Positions 1-13,977 of a stretch of 64,000 nucleotides of DNA are shown here, piece after piece. Location of the stretch: assembly GCA_951406725.2 (NCBI GenBank), contig OX597840.1:4030001-4094000 (forward strand), read 5' to 3'. Under the pieces are notes generated by a model that searched no databases, had not been told where the DNA came from, and saw only the letters and a list, made by a program, of their open reading frames with translations. Made by a program: the position numbers and the translations under genes. Positions within the stretch are counted from its first letter, which is position 1, and every line of letters starts with the position of its first letter. This stretch comes from Octopus vulgaris (lineage: Eukaryota).

Positions 1-115
1 ATAACTGCGTAAATTGGGAGGGGAATTTGTTGGATAAAATCATAATTAACTGATCCTCCTGTATTTTCTTTACCCAAAGCTAGGAACTTCTCAGCACCCC
101 CTTGTGTATGTGTGT

Positions 116-182
<67 letters not shown>

Positions 183-287
183 CACGTACATACATATGTA
201 CAAATATATATATTTTTATATATGTACATACATACATACAAATATGTACGTGAATGTACAAATTTATATACATACTTGTACGTATAC

Positions 288-354
<67 letters not shown>

Positions 355-377
355 TATAGATAGATAGATAGATAGAT

Positions 378-1390
378 ATGTTTCTTTATTAGCCACACAG
401 GGCTGCACACAGATAGAACAAATTACAAGGTAGAGCTTTTCTTTTGAAGGTTTAAGAAAGAAAAAAAAAAAAAAAAAAAGGAAGGGGAGTTTCGATCAAA
501 AGGGATCGTAAAAGGAGAGAAAGAGGACAAAAAAAAGGGGGGTTTAAAAAAAAGGGGGGGAGGAAAAAAATTGATCAATAGGGATCGTTATCACAGAAAT
601 GTCAATATGAAGTGTAAAGGGGAGGACAGGTGAGGTTTACCCGTGCAAAGAAAAGCCTACGGAAAAGACCACGGTAACCTCGGTCAATGATGTCACATTT
701 TATATTTCTTTTTTTTTTTTTTTTGCAAATAAGCAACTCTCTGTTTTCGATTTCTGGGTTCATAGGACTATGCTCAAGGTGGCTTCGTCATTCATACGTG
801 CCATTCTTGCTACATTCACCCATCTTTTTTTAAAACATTCGCTAGACAAAACTTGCCTCTCTACTCTCACTTTCCTTTTCAAGTGGTACTTGAAGAAGTT
901 GATGAGAGATTGACCAGAGAGGAAAGTGTTTGTCTCCAATCCTTTCAGACGCGTCCACCAGATACATTCTTTCGCCATAGCCACAAGGATGATGAAAATA
1001 GCTCTTCCTTCCCGTTTGAAGGAAGGAGGCGTGACAATATTGACGATAGACTCAGCTGATAAACCGACTCGTCCCACACGTGACAGCAGTTGTTCGACAT
1101 AAGCCCACAGGTCGGAAATTGTTGGACACTGCACGAGTGCGTGCAGAACGGTTTCGTTGCTCTGACCGCATCTCGGGCAGGTCGGCCCCGTGTTTCTCGA
1201 GCCGTGTCTGTAGAGCTTATCCCGAACGGGTAGCGCTTCTCGGTAGCACTGCCAGGCCAGGGATCTCTGGAAGTTGTCCATGGGCCCTGGCCCGAAAGTC
1301 GTCCTGAACAGGCGGGTCAGGTACTCCTCGTCGACGTCCAGGTTCGCCCCGAGCTCGTCGTCGTACCTCCCCTCCACTAAACCCCTATAG
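378..1390 (-). mobile_element. 5'-truncated Tx1/L1-clade non-LTR retrotransposon (ORF2 C-terminal zf-RVT region plus 3' UTR)
   Basis: ORF 760-1377(-) contains AWQCYREALPVRDKL...CPRCGQSNETVLHALVQC (CCHC zinc knuckle typical of L1/Tx1 ORF2). AATAAA on minus at 385-390, followed by (TATC)n. Open frame and GC-rich. Confidence 0.88.
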
Positions 1391-1396
1391 ATAGCT

Positions 1397-1441
<45 letters not shown>

Positions 1442-1442
1442 C

Positions 1443-1486
<44 letters not shown>

Positions 1487-1747
1487 GGACAGATAGATAA
1501 TTAGATAGATGGATAGTGTTTTACACATATACAAATATATTTAAGCGTGTTTATATATTATATGTGTGTATACATACATATACACACACACACACACACA
1601 CGCACACAGATATATATATATATATATATATATATAGGGAGAAAGAGAGTGAAATAATGAGAGACTGACAGACAGACGGACGGACGAACGGACAGACAGA
1701 TGGAAATAAACTTATGCATATGTAGAAATAGGAACCATACTGCGATT

Positions 1748-1805
<58 letters not shown>

Positions 1806-2183
1806 CATACATCCGTACACACACACAGACACACACATACATATATATGCACGCATACATCAAATCCTCCTTTTGAACCGTTTCATACAAACACAAAATT
1901 CATATATATATAAAAGAGACAATTATAGTAGTTTGGAAGTATAGGAAATATGCAAAGTTTGTAAATTCAGTATTATATATATCATATACACAGACATAAA
2001 TAGAACGGTGTTTACAATTGAAAAGACAGATAATGCTTTCTCGACTTCAGACAATGGAGAGTGGAAAGAGGAAAAAGAAAATGGCGACTTGAACGGAATA
2101 AAATGACGTTTTGATGAAAACTCCAGCTAGGCTAACAGAATAGAAATAGTATATGTACGTATATGTATATGTGTGTATGTGTT

Positions 2184-2239
<56 letters not shown>

Positions 2240-2294
2240 TATACATATATATACATATATATATATACATATATATAAACATAAATATATATAC

Positions 2295-2360
<66 letters not shown>

Positions 2361-2517
2361 TATATACATATATATATACACATATATATACATATATATA
2401 TACACATATATATACATATATATAAATATATATATATATTTATATATATATATATATATATACACATATATATTTATATGTTTATATATATATATATATA
2501 AATATATATGGATATGC

Positions 2518-2570
<53 letters not shown>

Positions 2571-2972
2571 TGTATGTATGTATGTATGTATGTATGTATG
2601 TATATATATGCATAGAGATTAAAAATAGACGATAGCAGACGTAAACGTACGTATTTTTCTATCCTTCTTCTCGATTGCTTCAGCGCAAACTCTGGACGGT
2701 CAGACATCTTTACACAAACACGTTACATATATTTTGTGGCATTTTCTTTCTCCTCGTCTTCTCGTTCAATCACAGACACAATACTCCCATGACCTTCTCA
2801 ACCGCAAACACAATACACATCCACACACACAGGCACACACACAAAAACATGCACACACAACACACACACACGTACACACATATTTATATATATATGTAAA
2901 TATATGTGTGAGTGCGTGTCTGTACGAATGTATGTGTGTGGATGTATGTGTGTGGATGTACGTGTAGATGTA

Positions 2973-3033
<61 letters not shown>

Positions 3034-3675
3034 ATGTGCGTGTATATATTTATATACGTGAGTGCGTATCTGTACGAATGTATGAATGGATGTATGTGTG
3101 TGGATATATGTGTAGATGTATGTGTGTGTATATATATATGTGTGTGTGTGTGTATGTGTGTATATGTGTGTGTATATATTTATATATGTGTGGGTGCGTG
3201 TCTGTATATGTCTGTGTATGTTTTTATATATGTGTGAGTACGTGTCTGTATATGTGTGTGTGTGTATAAATCTATGTGTGAGTGCGTGTCTGTACGAATG
3301 TATGTATGGATGTATGTGTGGATATATGTGTAGATGTATGTATGTATATATATATATATATGTGTGTGTGTGCGTATGTGCGTATATATATGTGTTTATA
3401 TATGTGTGTGCATGTGTGTGTGTGTGTCGATGTATATTTATACATATATATATATACACACATACATAAATAGACAGACAGATAAAAAAATACGTATATA
3501 TATACAAATATACATAAATATATATGTGCGTGCGTGTGCGTGTGTAAATGTGTGTGTGTGTGTGTGTGTCTGTGTGTGTGTGTATGTATATGTGTGTGTG
3601 CGTGTATGTGTATGTGTGGATGTGCGTGTGTCTGTGTGGATGTGTGCGTGTGTGGATGTGTGGATGTGCGTGTGG

Positions 3676-3743
<68 letters not shown>

Positions 3744-4395
3744 CAGTCGTTGTAAGTTCCATCTGAGCTTTCGTAAAGGTCTAGTGGCGGTCAATCTCCT
3801 GACAGAACCAAGGAAACTACATCAGCGTCGTTTTTTTTTTGTTTGTTTTGTTTTTCTTTAACTGTTGACATTATTTGTCTGTTATTATTCCTGAGACAAG
3901 TGTCACCATTTGTTCTTTTTTATTATTATGGTGCTGCCGTGGATGAGTGGTAAGAAGCTTGCTTACCAGCCACTTGGTTTCGGGTTCAAGTCGCTCTTCG
4001 CGGCACCTTGGGCATTTTGTATCTTCGCATCAATGTCATTCTCTCCCTCTCTCTCTTTCTTTATCTCATTATATCTCCCCACTCTCTTTTCCTTTCTTTC
4101 TCTTCCCCTCTCTCTCTCACTTTGAGACTTTCTATTTCTCTCTCTTTCACTTGCTCCCCCTTTATTTCTCCAATCTCTGTCTCTTTTTCTTTCTTTGTCA
4201 GTCTCTTTTTCTTTCTCTCTCTCTCTCTCTCTTTCTTTCTCTCTCTCTGTATCTTTGTAATTGTCTGTCTGTCTGTCTTTTTCTCTCTTCATCTCTTTGA
4301 ATCTTCCCAATCTTTTTTCGTGGCAACTTGGGCACTTTGGTCTGACCAAAGCCTTCTAAGTAGATTTGATAGACGCAAAATGAAAAGAGCCTGTC

Positions 4396-4492
<97 letters not shown>

Positions 4493-4580
4493 TATACATA
4501 TATATACATATATATATATACATATACATATATATGTATGTATACATATATGTATATTTATATATATATATATATATATA

Positions 4581-5058
4581 GGTGAATTGAAGAAATGGAG
4601 CTGAACGCAGATTGAACAGAAATCGTTTTATTTCATTCTACACGTGTTTCGAAAGGCACAAATTACCAAAATCAGTTTCGCCATGGGCTCTTAGGAGCAT
4701 AGTTCGATTTGTTTTTGCTCCGCCTCTGTTCTGTTTTTGTTTTTCCAACGGATTTCCTATTTTCTTCCTGAAGAGAAAGACACAATATGGTCCCATTATT
4801 CCATCGGATTTTGGTAATTTGTGCCTTTCGAAACACGTGTAGAATGAAATAAAACGATTTCTGTTCAATCTGCGTTCAGCTCCATTTCTTCAATTCACCA
4901 ATAATGTTCTAATTTCAATTATCCGCACCAACGCACGGTTGCAACACCATATGGTTGTACCTCCAACCGTGCTGTTTTACTGCTGTGATTTTTGCTACTA
5001 AGGTATCGGTTAAACTTTTGATTAATCTACTACAAGATTATTCATCTTTCTATTTCAC

Positions 5059-5062
<4 letters not shown>
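4581..5062. mobile_element. Penelope-like element terminus with inverted partial duplication (93-bp perfect inverted repeat 4581-4673 / 4807-4899)
   Basis: The arms are exact reverse complements; contains a hammerhead motif; embedded in (TA)n. Confidence 0.7.
4765..4844 (+). ncRNA. Type-I minimal hammerhead ribozyme motif (Penelope-type)
   Basis: TTC-CTGAAGA(4768-4774)-GAAAG.A.CACAA...TTGTG.C.CTTTC-GAAAC(4830-4834)-ACGT-GTA-GAA. Stem I TTC/GAA, 10-bp stem II with one mismatch, palindromic stem III, GUA cleavage triplet. Confidence 0.75.
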
Positions 5063-5105
<43 letters not shown>

Positions 5106-5469
5106 CAAATGCTGTGCCTTTACTGTGATCTCCTTTTAGTAGAAGAAATAGCTATAATCTATTTGACTGCTATTTCTAAATTCGGTGTGTGGTAAGGCAA
5201 TTCGTTGCTAAACCCTTAATTGCTTAGTATTACTTATATATATATAGATATGTATATATCCATATATACATGCATATATCTACATAAATTCGTAGACAAA
5301 AGAGTACATATATCAATATACTTATACTTATATATTTACATGAAACACAATAATACAGAAAAATATGAATAACTCGACAGCTGTTTCAAGAAACACAGAG
5401 TTACATATGTATATGTATGTATGTTTGAGTGTATTTTTGTATATATATATAGAGAGAGAGAGAGGAGAC

Positions 5470-5556
<87 letters not shown>

Positions 5557-5726
5557 GTGTGGTTCTCTTTCACAACAGCTCGACAAGCAGTTTTGGTTTG
5601 AAAGAGTCCCTGTAATTTAGTGGTTTGGCATGAATGCAGTCTTGTGACCGAAACAGGTAGAAGATAAAATATGCGTACATACATATATGTGTGTGTACAC
5701 ATACATATGTAAATACATACGTGTGT

Positions 5727-5779
<53 letters not shown>

Positions 5780-6036
5780 CCTAGTAATCAGGGTGTTTGA
5801 CTCATGATCGTAAGACTGTGGTTTCGATTCCTGGACCGGGTGAAGCGCTGTGTTCCTAAGCAAAACACTTTATTTCACGTTACTCCAGTCCACTCAGCAG
5901 ATACAAAAAATGAATAATCCTGCGACGGAATGGCGTCCCATCAAGGTGGTGGGGATGGCTCTCTGAGTTGCTATGACTCAGGAAAGATCGTTAACCTGCA
6001 TACACACATACATGCGTACAGATGTACATGCATACA

Positions 6037-6142
<106 letters not shown>

Positions 6143-6167
6143 TATATGTGTATATATATATATATAT

Positions 6168-6215
<48 letters not shown>

Positions 6216-6277
6216 GACGTTTGTATGTATGTAGATGTATGTATGTAGATGTATGTATGCGTTGTGTATGCGTATTA

Positions 6278-6337
<60 letters not shown>

Positions 6338-6639
6338 ATTATATAATATAAGTCACTAATATTTTATTGTTATGTATAAAAATATCCTATAAATAGTTTC
6401 AAAAACAGACAGTTATCAAAGGATAGTACACTGCAGAATGTTAAAAATCTAAGAATATATTGTTCAAACACACACACCCACACACACACGCACACACACG
6501 CACACACACAGATACATGCATGCATACACACACATACACATACAGGCACGTTCGCACAACCACTAAAATCAACCGTAACAGAGAATGATTGTGTTTTTGT
6601 ATAACGTTGATTGTTTTTCAGGAATATTATAGTATAGGA

Positions 6640-6722
6640 AACTGGACAGGCAGAAAAGGAGAGAAAGGGAGAGGAAGGGCGAAAGAAGAAAGGAGCAAGA
6701 GAGATAGGGAGAGAGAGAAGGA

Positions 6723-6770
<48 letters not shown>

Positions 6771-7412
6771 ATGATGCGAAGACTCAAAGGGTGATAGAGA
6801 CAGGGGAAAAAAAGACAGAGAGACAGAGAGATACAAAGACACAGAGTGAAAGAGAGAGGTGGAGGAAGAGAAAGAAAGATTGGGAAGATTCAAAGAGATG
6901 AAGGGAGAAAAAGACAGATACGGAAATACAAAGAGATATAGAGACAGACAGACAGACAGACAATTACAAAAATACAAAGAGAGAGACAAGACAGGGAAAA
7001 AAAGAAAGAGAGCTTAACAGACAAAGAAAGAAAAGGAGACTCAGAGAGAGACAGAGATTGGAGAAATAAAGGGAGAGAGTGAGAGAGAGAGAGAGAGAGA
7101 GAGAAATAGAAAGTCACACAGTGAGAGAGGGGGGAGAAAGAAAAAGAGAGTGGGGAGATATAATGAGATAAAGAGAGAGAGAGAGAATGACAAATGAAAA
7201 GAGGGAGAAGGAGAGGAGAGGAGACATACAGGCAGACAGGCAGACAGATACAATACCTCAAGGAGAGATAGAAAGGCAGACAGAGAGGCACAAAGGTTTA
7301 AGGAGAGTGACCGAGTAAGAAAGAGTGATAGAGAGATAGAGAGAGAAAGATACAAGGAAATGAAGAGAAATAGAGACAGGAAGAGGCAAAGTGTGAGAAA
7401 GGGCACAAAGAG

Positions 7413-7479
<67 letters not shown>

Positions 7480-8090
7480 GAGAAAGAGAGGTTGACAGAC
7501 AGAGATATAAAGAGATAAAAGAGAGATAGAGACAAAGATAAAGGAAGAGAGAGAGATATACAAAAACAGAGAGAGAGATAAGAACAGAGAGAGACACAGA
7601 AAACAGAGAGAAGAGAGAAAGAAAGAAACACAGATAGTGAGATACTAAAGCACAAGTGAGAGAGAGAGACAGACAGAGATGCAAAAAGATAAAAGAGAGA
7701 GAGCCAGAGAGAAAGAAAGAGGGAGAGAGATACAAAATCAGAGAGAGAGATAACGAGGCAGACAGGCTGACAGGGAGATAGAGAGACAGAGAAGAAGAGA
7801 GACAGACAGAGATACACCAGAGATACAAGTGAGATAAATAAAGAGAAAGAAAGAGTGAGAAAGAGAGATACAGAAGCACAAAGTGAGAGAGAAGTTGGAG
7901 AGAAAGAAATAGAGAATGAGAGACAGAGATAAAAAGAGACAGAGAGAGACAGAGAGGCAGAGACAGGAGAAAGAAAGATACAGAGAGATACGATACAGTG
8001 AGAGAGAGAGAGACAGGGTGAAAGAAAAAGAGAGAGGGACAGAGATACGGGGAGATGAAAGAGAGACAAAGGCGTAGGAAGAAAGAGGAC
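6640..8090. repeat. GA-rich low-complexity block with (GAAA)n and (GACA)n
   Basis: Purine-rich + strand over ~1.4 kb; similar blocks at 4030-4320 (CT), 21950-22200 and 25570-26385. Confidence 0.9.
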
Positions 8091-8660
8091 GCGTTTCTGA
8101 TAATGAGAGTAAAGTTTATAGCTCAACATTATTATACACAACAGGCATCCACTATTATACAATTATCAACGAAAAGACACCAACCAGCAATCTACCTACG
8201 TACACACACACATACACTTATATACACACGTACACACACATATGCACGCACATGTGGACACTCGCTCACACACGAATTCACACATACGTTCATATATGTG
8301 TGTATGCGTGTATGTTTGTATGTGTATGTGTATATATATATATATTTATATATATATACGGTTATGCGTATACCTTAAAAATATGTGTATGTATATATGT
8401 ATGTAGTTACAAATGGAAATATAGATGGAGGGGGGGTGTATGTACGTGTGTGTTTGTGTGTGTGTATGTGTGTGTGCGCGCGTGTATGCGTGTGTGTGTG
8501 AGTGTGTGTGTCCGTGTGGGGGTGGTGTTTGTGCGTATATATGTATGTATGTTCGTTGAGAGACAAAGAAATCACTTCGAAAAATATAGCATAGGTACTT
8601 CAACGACAACATTAAGATATAGAGAGAGAGGGGGAGGGAGAGAGAGCGAAACATCATATG

Positions 8661-8729
<69 letters not shown>

Positions 8730-8833
8730 TTTGGTTATACACGACAGTATCGAACAGTAAAAATTCGAGCTAAACACAGCCTTTGATTTTGTTGAGCCGT
8801 TAACCCTATACATTTTTCATTTTTCTTTTTTTT

Positions 8834-8930
<97 letters not shown>

Positions 8931-9068
8931 TCCCTTCTTAATCCTTTCTATCGGAGAGCGTAGGCTCGAAACGTCAAAGATTTTCCATTATTCTCAAGCG
9001 TTAAACTAACACATCTGTTTGCTGTTCTTTCATATGTCTTCGCCTTTTGTTGTCTGTAAATTTGAACT

Positions 9069-9116
<48 letters not shown>

Positions 9117-9119
9117 ATG

Positions 9120-9214
<95 letters not shown>

Positions 9215-9249
9215 ACAGTATCGAACAGTAAGTGATTGCATACAACCTT

Positions 9250-9877
9250 TCTGATGTCCCTCTGTGCTTGAGTCTAAGAATCCTGCCTCTGTGGTGGTAT
9301 TTGGAGCCATGGTGAGTGATGGAAGTGTCACGGATCCACACTTCATTGAGTTTGACTTGAAGATCCGTACAAAGGGGTATTTGGACATCCTGAAGAGCTC
9401 TCTGTTACCTTGGATGGAGCAGAAGTTAGGGCTTAACAATGTGGTGCTTATCCAGGATTCTGCACCATGCCATGGGTCAAAACCAACACAGGCCTTCTTT
9501 GGTGAGAAGGTGCCATTTTTTGTGGGGGGCAACATCTGGCCCAGTAATATCCCAAAGCTCAACCTTCTCGATTACTTTTTTGGGAGCGTAATTCAAGCAA
9601 GACCAATGCTTCACCGCACTCGAGTGTCGACAGTTTGAAGACCTGCATCGCGCGTGCAACACGCAAAATCAAAAAGGCGCAAGTTACAGCAGCATCAAAA
9701 AATATTCCTTTCTCGTGTGAAGACAGTAATTGCTTAAAAGAGCGGCCATATTCAGTGAAAAATATTTTAGTTATAATAAATGTTACATTAAAATTATGTC
9801 TACTACCATTACTTTAGTATTTATAACTAGTTTTATGCATCGTAAAAATAGTCTCAATTTATCTACAAGAACCTGTA
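9250..9877 (+). mobile_element. Tc1/mariner-superfamily (maT/DD37D-like) transposase relic, C-terminal half
   Basis: KNPASVVVFGAMVSDG...YLDILKSSLLPW...IQDSAPCH...WPSNIPKLNLLDY (decayed QDGAPAH and WPPSSPDLNPLDY); ends ...aacctg|ta. Confidence 0.82.
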
Positions 9878-10030
9878 TACATATGAGTATGTACGTATTA
9901 TCGTCTATGGAGTTTGTCAGGTTTCCAACGCATATTAGCCAATGAAGCGGCTTCACAAATATTTATGATATCAAATGTATATATTTTTATGAATCGTACA
10001 TGGTTAAGAGTTCCTGCATGAGTCCCTAGG

Positions 10031-10134
<104 letters not shown>

Positions 10135-10942
10135 GTGACATATATTATGTATATTATCAACAACCAAAGAATTTACCCAGGTTTAATAGATGCAAGGCGG
10201 ATAAGGGTCATGTTTGGAACTTTGAAATTTAAACTGTTGACTGTGAATGCAAGGGGAGATATTCTCTTCCCTGATGTTCAGAATCTTCTCTGTTCGTGTT
10301 CAATGAGTTAAATTTAAGATTCTGAGACAGAGCTTGTTCGCTAAAAGAACGGGTGACTGAAATATTATTAAAGCCACAAATAGAGGGAAGTGCTTGGTTG
10401 TTTATACCAGGTTTTTAGTGTTTAATTTAGAAATAGAAGTTGAAAATAAGCTTGCGATAGAATTTTCTATAAAAAAAATTATTATGTTTGTGATTTACAA
10501 GGAAAGTGATACAGAATTGATTTAAACTAATAGGAAAGGCAAACTATATAACGTTTTGACATTTTCGTGATTAGAGCTATGAATATTATTTATTATGCAG
10601 TACATTTGTCTATCAAACTACTGTTTCATAACATTCATTTACAGTTACGTGGAAAGCAATTAAGAAAAGATTCATCTGAAGATAGGGACTTTTGACAAGT
10701 TTGAAAACTGTGAGAGGGTGGTTTGAATTGTTGCTGATATACATAATCATTCATTTAGTTCCCTTTAAGAGAAATATTTTTTCAGTATCTAAAGCTAATG
10801 TTATGTACAAGAAGTTATCAACACTACGGTTGATATCATCAGCGACACTTAAAATCTAATTATAGGAATATACCTATAAGAACATTCCAAATTTATCAGA
10901 TATTCTGCGTGACAAGAACTTCACATTATCAGAGACACTTAA

Positions 10943-11600
10943 TACCGTGAAAACCGATGTGATTTACACACTTTTTTTTTGCAAGAATAAAAATAAACTT
11001 TAGAGGGTGCGTGAATTACATGAGTAGATCGTTTCCAGAATTTTTTTACAAATTGTGTTTTTGTTGAAAAAAGACGTACAAAACGTAAACATTTGTACCG
11101 GAAGTTGACTCATTTAATGTCAGAATAGGTTTTTACAGAAAAAAAATAATGGCTTAAATATAATAAAGTTGACTTTTATTTATGCTGGACAGTATAATGC
11201 TTACTTTTTCTGTATAAATTTACTAAAACCATTAAATTTTTAAGTCTGACGTTCTTGTTGGTAAACACGATCCGGGCCGTATTTTACATTGCTCGGAGTT
11301 TCCATCTATCGCAATGGAGCACCATTGACATACATAGTGATATGGATATCCTTGACTGAAAAAGAATGTAATGATAATGGATAATCTTATTTGTATGATT
11401 TTATTTTTGTCTGTTTATTACAAGACACAGTTTTCAGTTTGTCGTACTGTTTACCCCAATTTCGAACATCGGCTTCATTAACATTAAAATGCCTTCCGGC
11501 AGCTCTATTGCCAGGTTCAAATGCATATTCAACAGGTTTATGTAGTGACATTCGTGTTCCACAATTGGTAACTAATATCAACAGTAACTTCGATGTTTCT
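10943..11600 (-). mobile_element. pogo-like DNA transposon relic (Brinker-type HTH)
   Basis: Minus ORF 11387-11581 VEYAFEPGNRAAGRHFNVNEADVRNWGKQ resembles the BrkDBD of POGK-like transposases; TACCGT...GGGTGCGT terminus-like motif at 10943. Confidence 0.55.
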
Positions 11601-11781
11601 GCGGATTAAACCATCATCCGTCAGTCCAATGATGGCTTAGTTCGCCGAAACATTATAGTCACTGCGAACACTACTTTTTTTTCAAAAAATGATAACTAGT
11701 ACTCTACCAATTATATTGAGCAATCCTTCAGTTTAATGCGAAATTGTATTGTAACATAAAGACAAACAATAATGTGTATAA

Positions 11782-12392
11782 AGGCGGTGAGCTGGCAGAA
11801 ACGTTAGCGCGCCGGGCGAAATGCTTTGTGGTATTTCGTCCGCAACTGCGTTCTGAGTTCAAATTCCGCCGAGGTCGACTTTGCCTTTCATCCTTTCGGG
11901 GTCGATAAATTAAGTACCAGTTACGCACTGGGGTCGATGTAATCGACTTAATACCTATGTCTGTCCTTGTTTGTCCCCTCTATGTTTAGCACCTTGTGGG
12001 TAGTAAAGAAATAGGTATTTCATCTGTCTTTACGTTCTGTGTTCAAATTCCACCGAGGTCGACTTTGCCTTTCATTCCTTCGGGGTCGATAACTTAAGTA
12101 CCATTTGCGTACTGGGGTCGATATAATTGACTTATCCCTTTGTCTGTCCTTGTTTGTACCCACTATGTTTAGCCCCTTGTGGGCAATAAAGAAATAAGAA
12201 ACGTTAACACACCGGGCGAAATGCTCAGCGGTTATTTCGTCTGTCTTTACGTTCTGAGTTCAAATTTCGCCGAGGTCAATCTTGGCTTTCATCCTTTCGG
12301 GGTCGATAAATTAAGCACCAGTTGCGTACCAGTCTAACCGACTGACCTCCTCCCCACAACTTTCGGGCCTTGTGCCTGGAGCAGAAAAGAAT
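11782..12392 (+). mobile_element. SINE family C, three head-to-tail units
   Basis: GGCGGTGAGCTGGCAGAAACGTTAG...GAGTTCAAATTCC...GACTTTGCCTTTCATCCTTTCGGGGTCGATAAATTAAGTACCAG core occurs three times. Other copies at 49736-49990, 52575-52760, 62580-62910 and 63667-63855. Confidence 0.87.
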
Positions 12393-12557
12393 ATATACAC
12401 ATATATATATATATTATGCGAATGTTTTTGAGATTTAAATTGGTGCTTCTTTTTTTTTACCTATAGTTAAGTCTATATTGGTACAAATGTTTAGAACCAC
12501 TAGTATGTCTCCTCAAACTAGCATTGATATTTATGCGTGAATACAGGTGATTCCATA

Positions 12558-12720
12558 GGCGCAGGAGTGGCTGTGTGGTAAGTAGCTTGCTAACCAACCA
12601 CATGGTTCCGGGTTCAGTCCCCCTGCGTGGCATCTTGGGCAAGTGTCTTCTGCTATAGCCCCGGGCCGACCAATGCCTTGTGAGTGGATTTGGTAGACGA
12701 AAACTGAAAGAAGCCTGTCG

Positions 12721-12810
<90 letters not shown>

Positions 12811-13026
12811 TGTGTTTGTGTGTGTGTGTTTGTCCCCCTAGTATTGCTTGACAACCGATGCTGGTGTGTTTATGTCCCCGTCACTTAGCGGTTCGGCAAA
12901 AGAGACCGATAGAATAAGTACTGGGCTTACAAAGAATAAGTCCCGGGGTCGATTTGCTCGACTAAAGTCGGTGCTCCAGCATGGCCGCAGTCAAGTGACT
13001 GAAACAAGTAAAAGAGTAAAAGAGAG
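12558..13026 (+). mobile_element. tRNA-derived SINE family A, full length, with internal (TA)n(TG)n
   Basis: Head GGCGCAGGAGTGGCTGTGTGGTAAG (A-box-like)...GGTTCAGTCCC (B-box-like); tail (GAGTAAAA)n. Other copies: 13978-14572+, 19900-20311+, 24060-24270+, 24520-24857-, 31760-32130+, 32340-32795-, 36190-36668+, 40835-41286-, 47958-48317+, 54226-54685-. Confidence 0.88.
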
Positions 13027-13402
13027 TATACATTCATACATATATAATTTGTAAAAGAATCATCAATTAAAGATGTGATTTTCTCACTTCTTGTTCATGT
13101 TGTCAGTTATTCCGGATTTCTTGAAATTCTTCTAAGCGATATTTGGATCCACTTGTCATACCTTGGATGTTTATTCCAGTTGCATTTATTGGTATCTGAT
13201 TGTTTGATACAGTTAAACAAGATCGCTTAACTACTGAGTGCTTTCTGGACATCTGCCTGGATTTGTTTACTCCTATACCTATATATACACACATATAAAT
13301 ATATACACATATATATATATACATACATATATATATATACATACATATATATATACACATATATATATACATACATATATATATACACATAAATAGACAT
13401 AT

Positions 13403-13782
13403 GGAGGCGCAATGGCCCAGTGGTTAGGGCAGCGGACTCGCGGTCATAGGATCGCGGTTTCGATTCCCAGACCGGGCGTTGTGAGTGTTTATTGAGCGAA
13501 AACACCTAAAGCTCCACGAAGCTCCGGCAGGGGATGGTGGTGATCCCTGCTGTACTCTTTCACCACAACTTTCTCTCACTCTTACTTCCTGTTTCTGTTG
13601 TACCTGTATTTCAAAGGGCCGGCCTTGTCACTCTCTGTGTCACGCTGAATATCCCCGAGAACTACGTTAAGGGTGCACGTGTCTGTGGAGTGCTCAGCCA
13701 CATACACGTTAATTTCACGAGCAGGCTGTTCCGTTGATTCGGATCAACCGGAACCCTCGTCGTCGTAACCGACGGAGTGCTT
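13403..13782 (+). mobile_element. tRNA-derived SINE family B, full length
   Basis: Head GGAGGCGCAATGGCCCAGTGGTTAGGGCAGCGGACTCGCGGTC...GGTTTCGATTCCC. Other copies: 18398-18676-, 37452-37837-, 49525-49715-, 51420-51763+. Related subfamilies: 5777-5945+, 17832-18045+, 22564-22860+, 23735-24030-, 42400-42716+, 50038-50285+. Confidence 0.88.
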
Positions 13783-13812
13783 CCATCCACACACACATAT
13801 ATATATATATAT

Positions 13813-13861
<49 letters not shown>

Positions 13862-13914
13862 TATATACATATATATATATATACACATATATATAAATAT
13901 ATATACACAAACTC

Positions 13915-13977
<63 letters not shown>

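Noticed and set aside
7041-8162. 373-aa Leu/Ser/Phe ORF resembling a membrane protein
   Set aside because: Antisense of a GA-rich low-complexity block
10140-10940. AT-rich non-repetitive segment, possibly decayed transposase
   Set aside because: Many stops in all frames and no recognisable motif; left unassigned
13081-13275. Minus-strand peptide fragment, possibly LINE RT
   Set aside because: Too short and diverged to assign
13403-13475. tRNA-like heads (also at 12558, 22564, 50038 and 51420)
   Set aside because: A/B boxes are present but there is no complete cloverleaf acceptor stem; each continues into a SINE body
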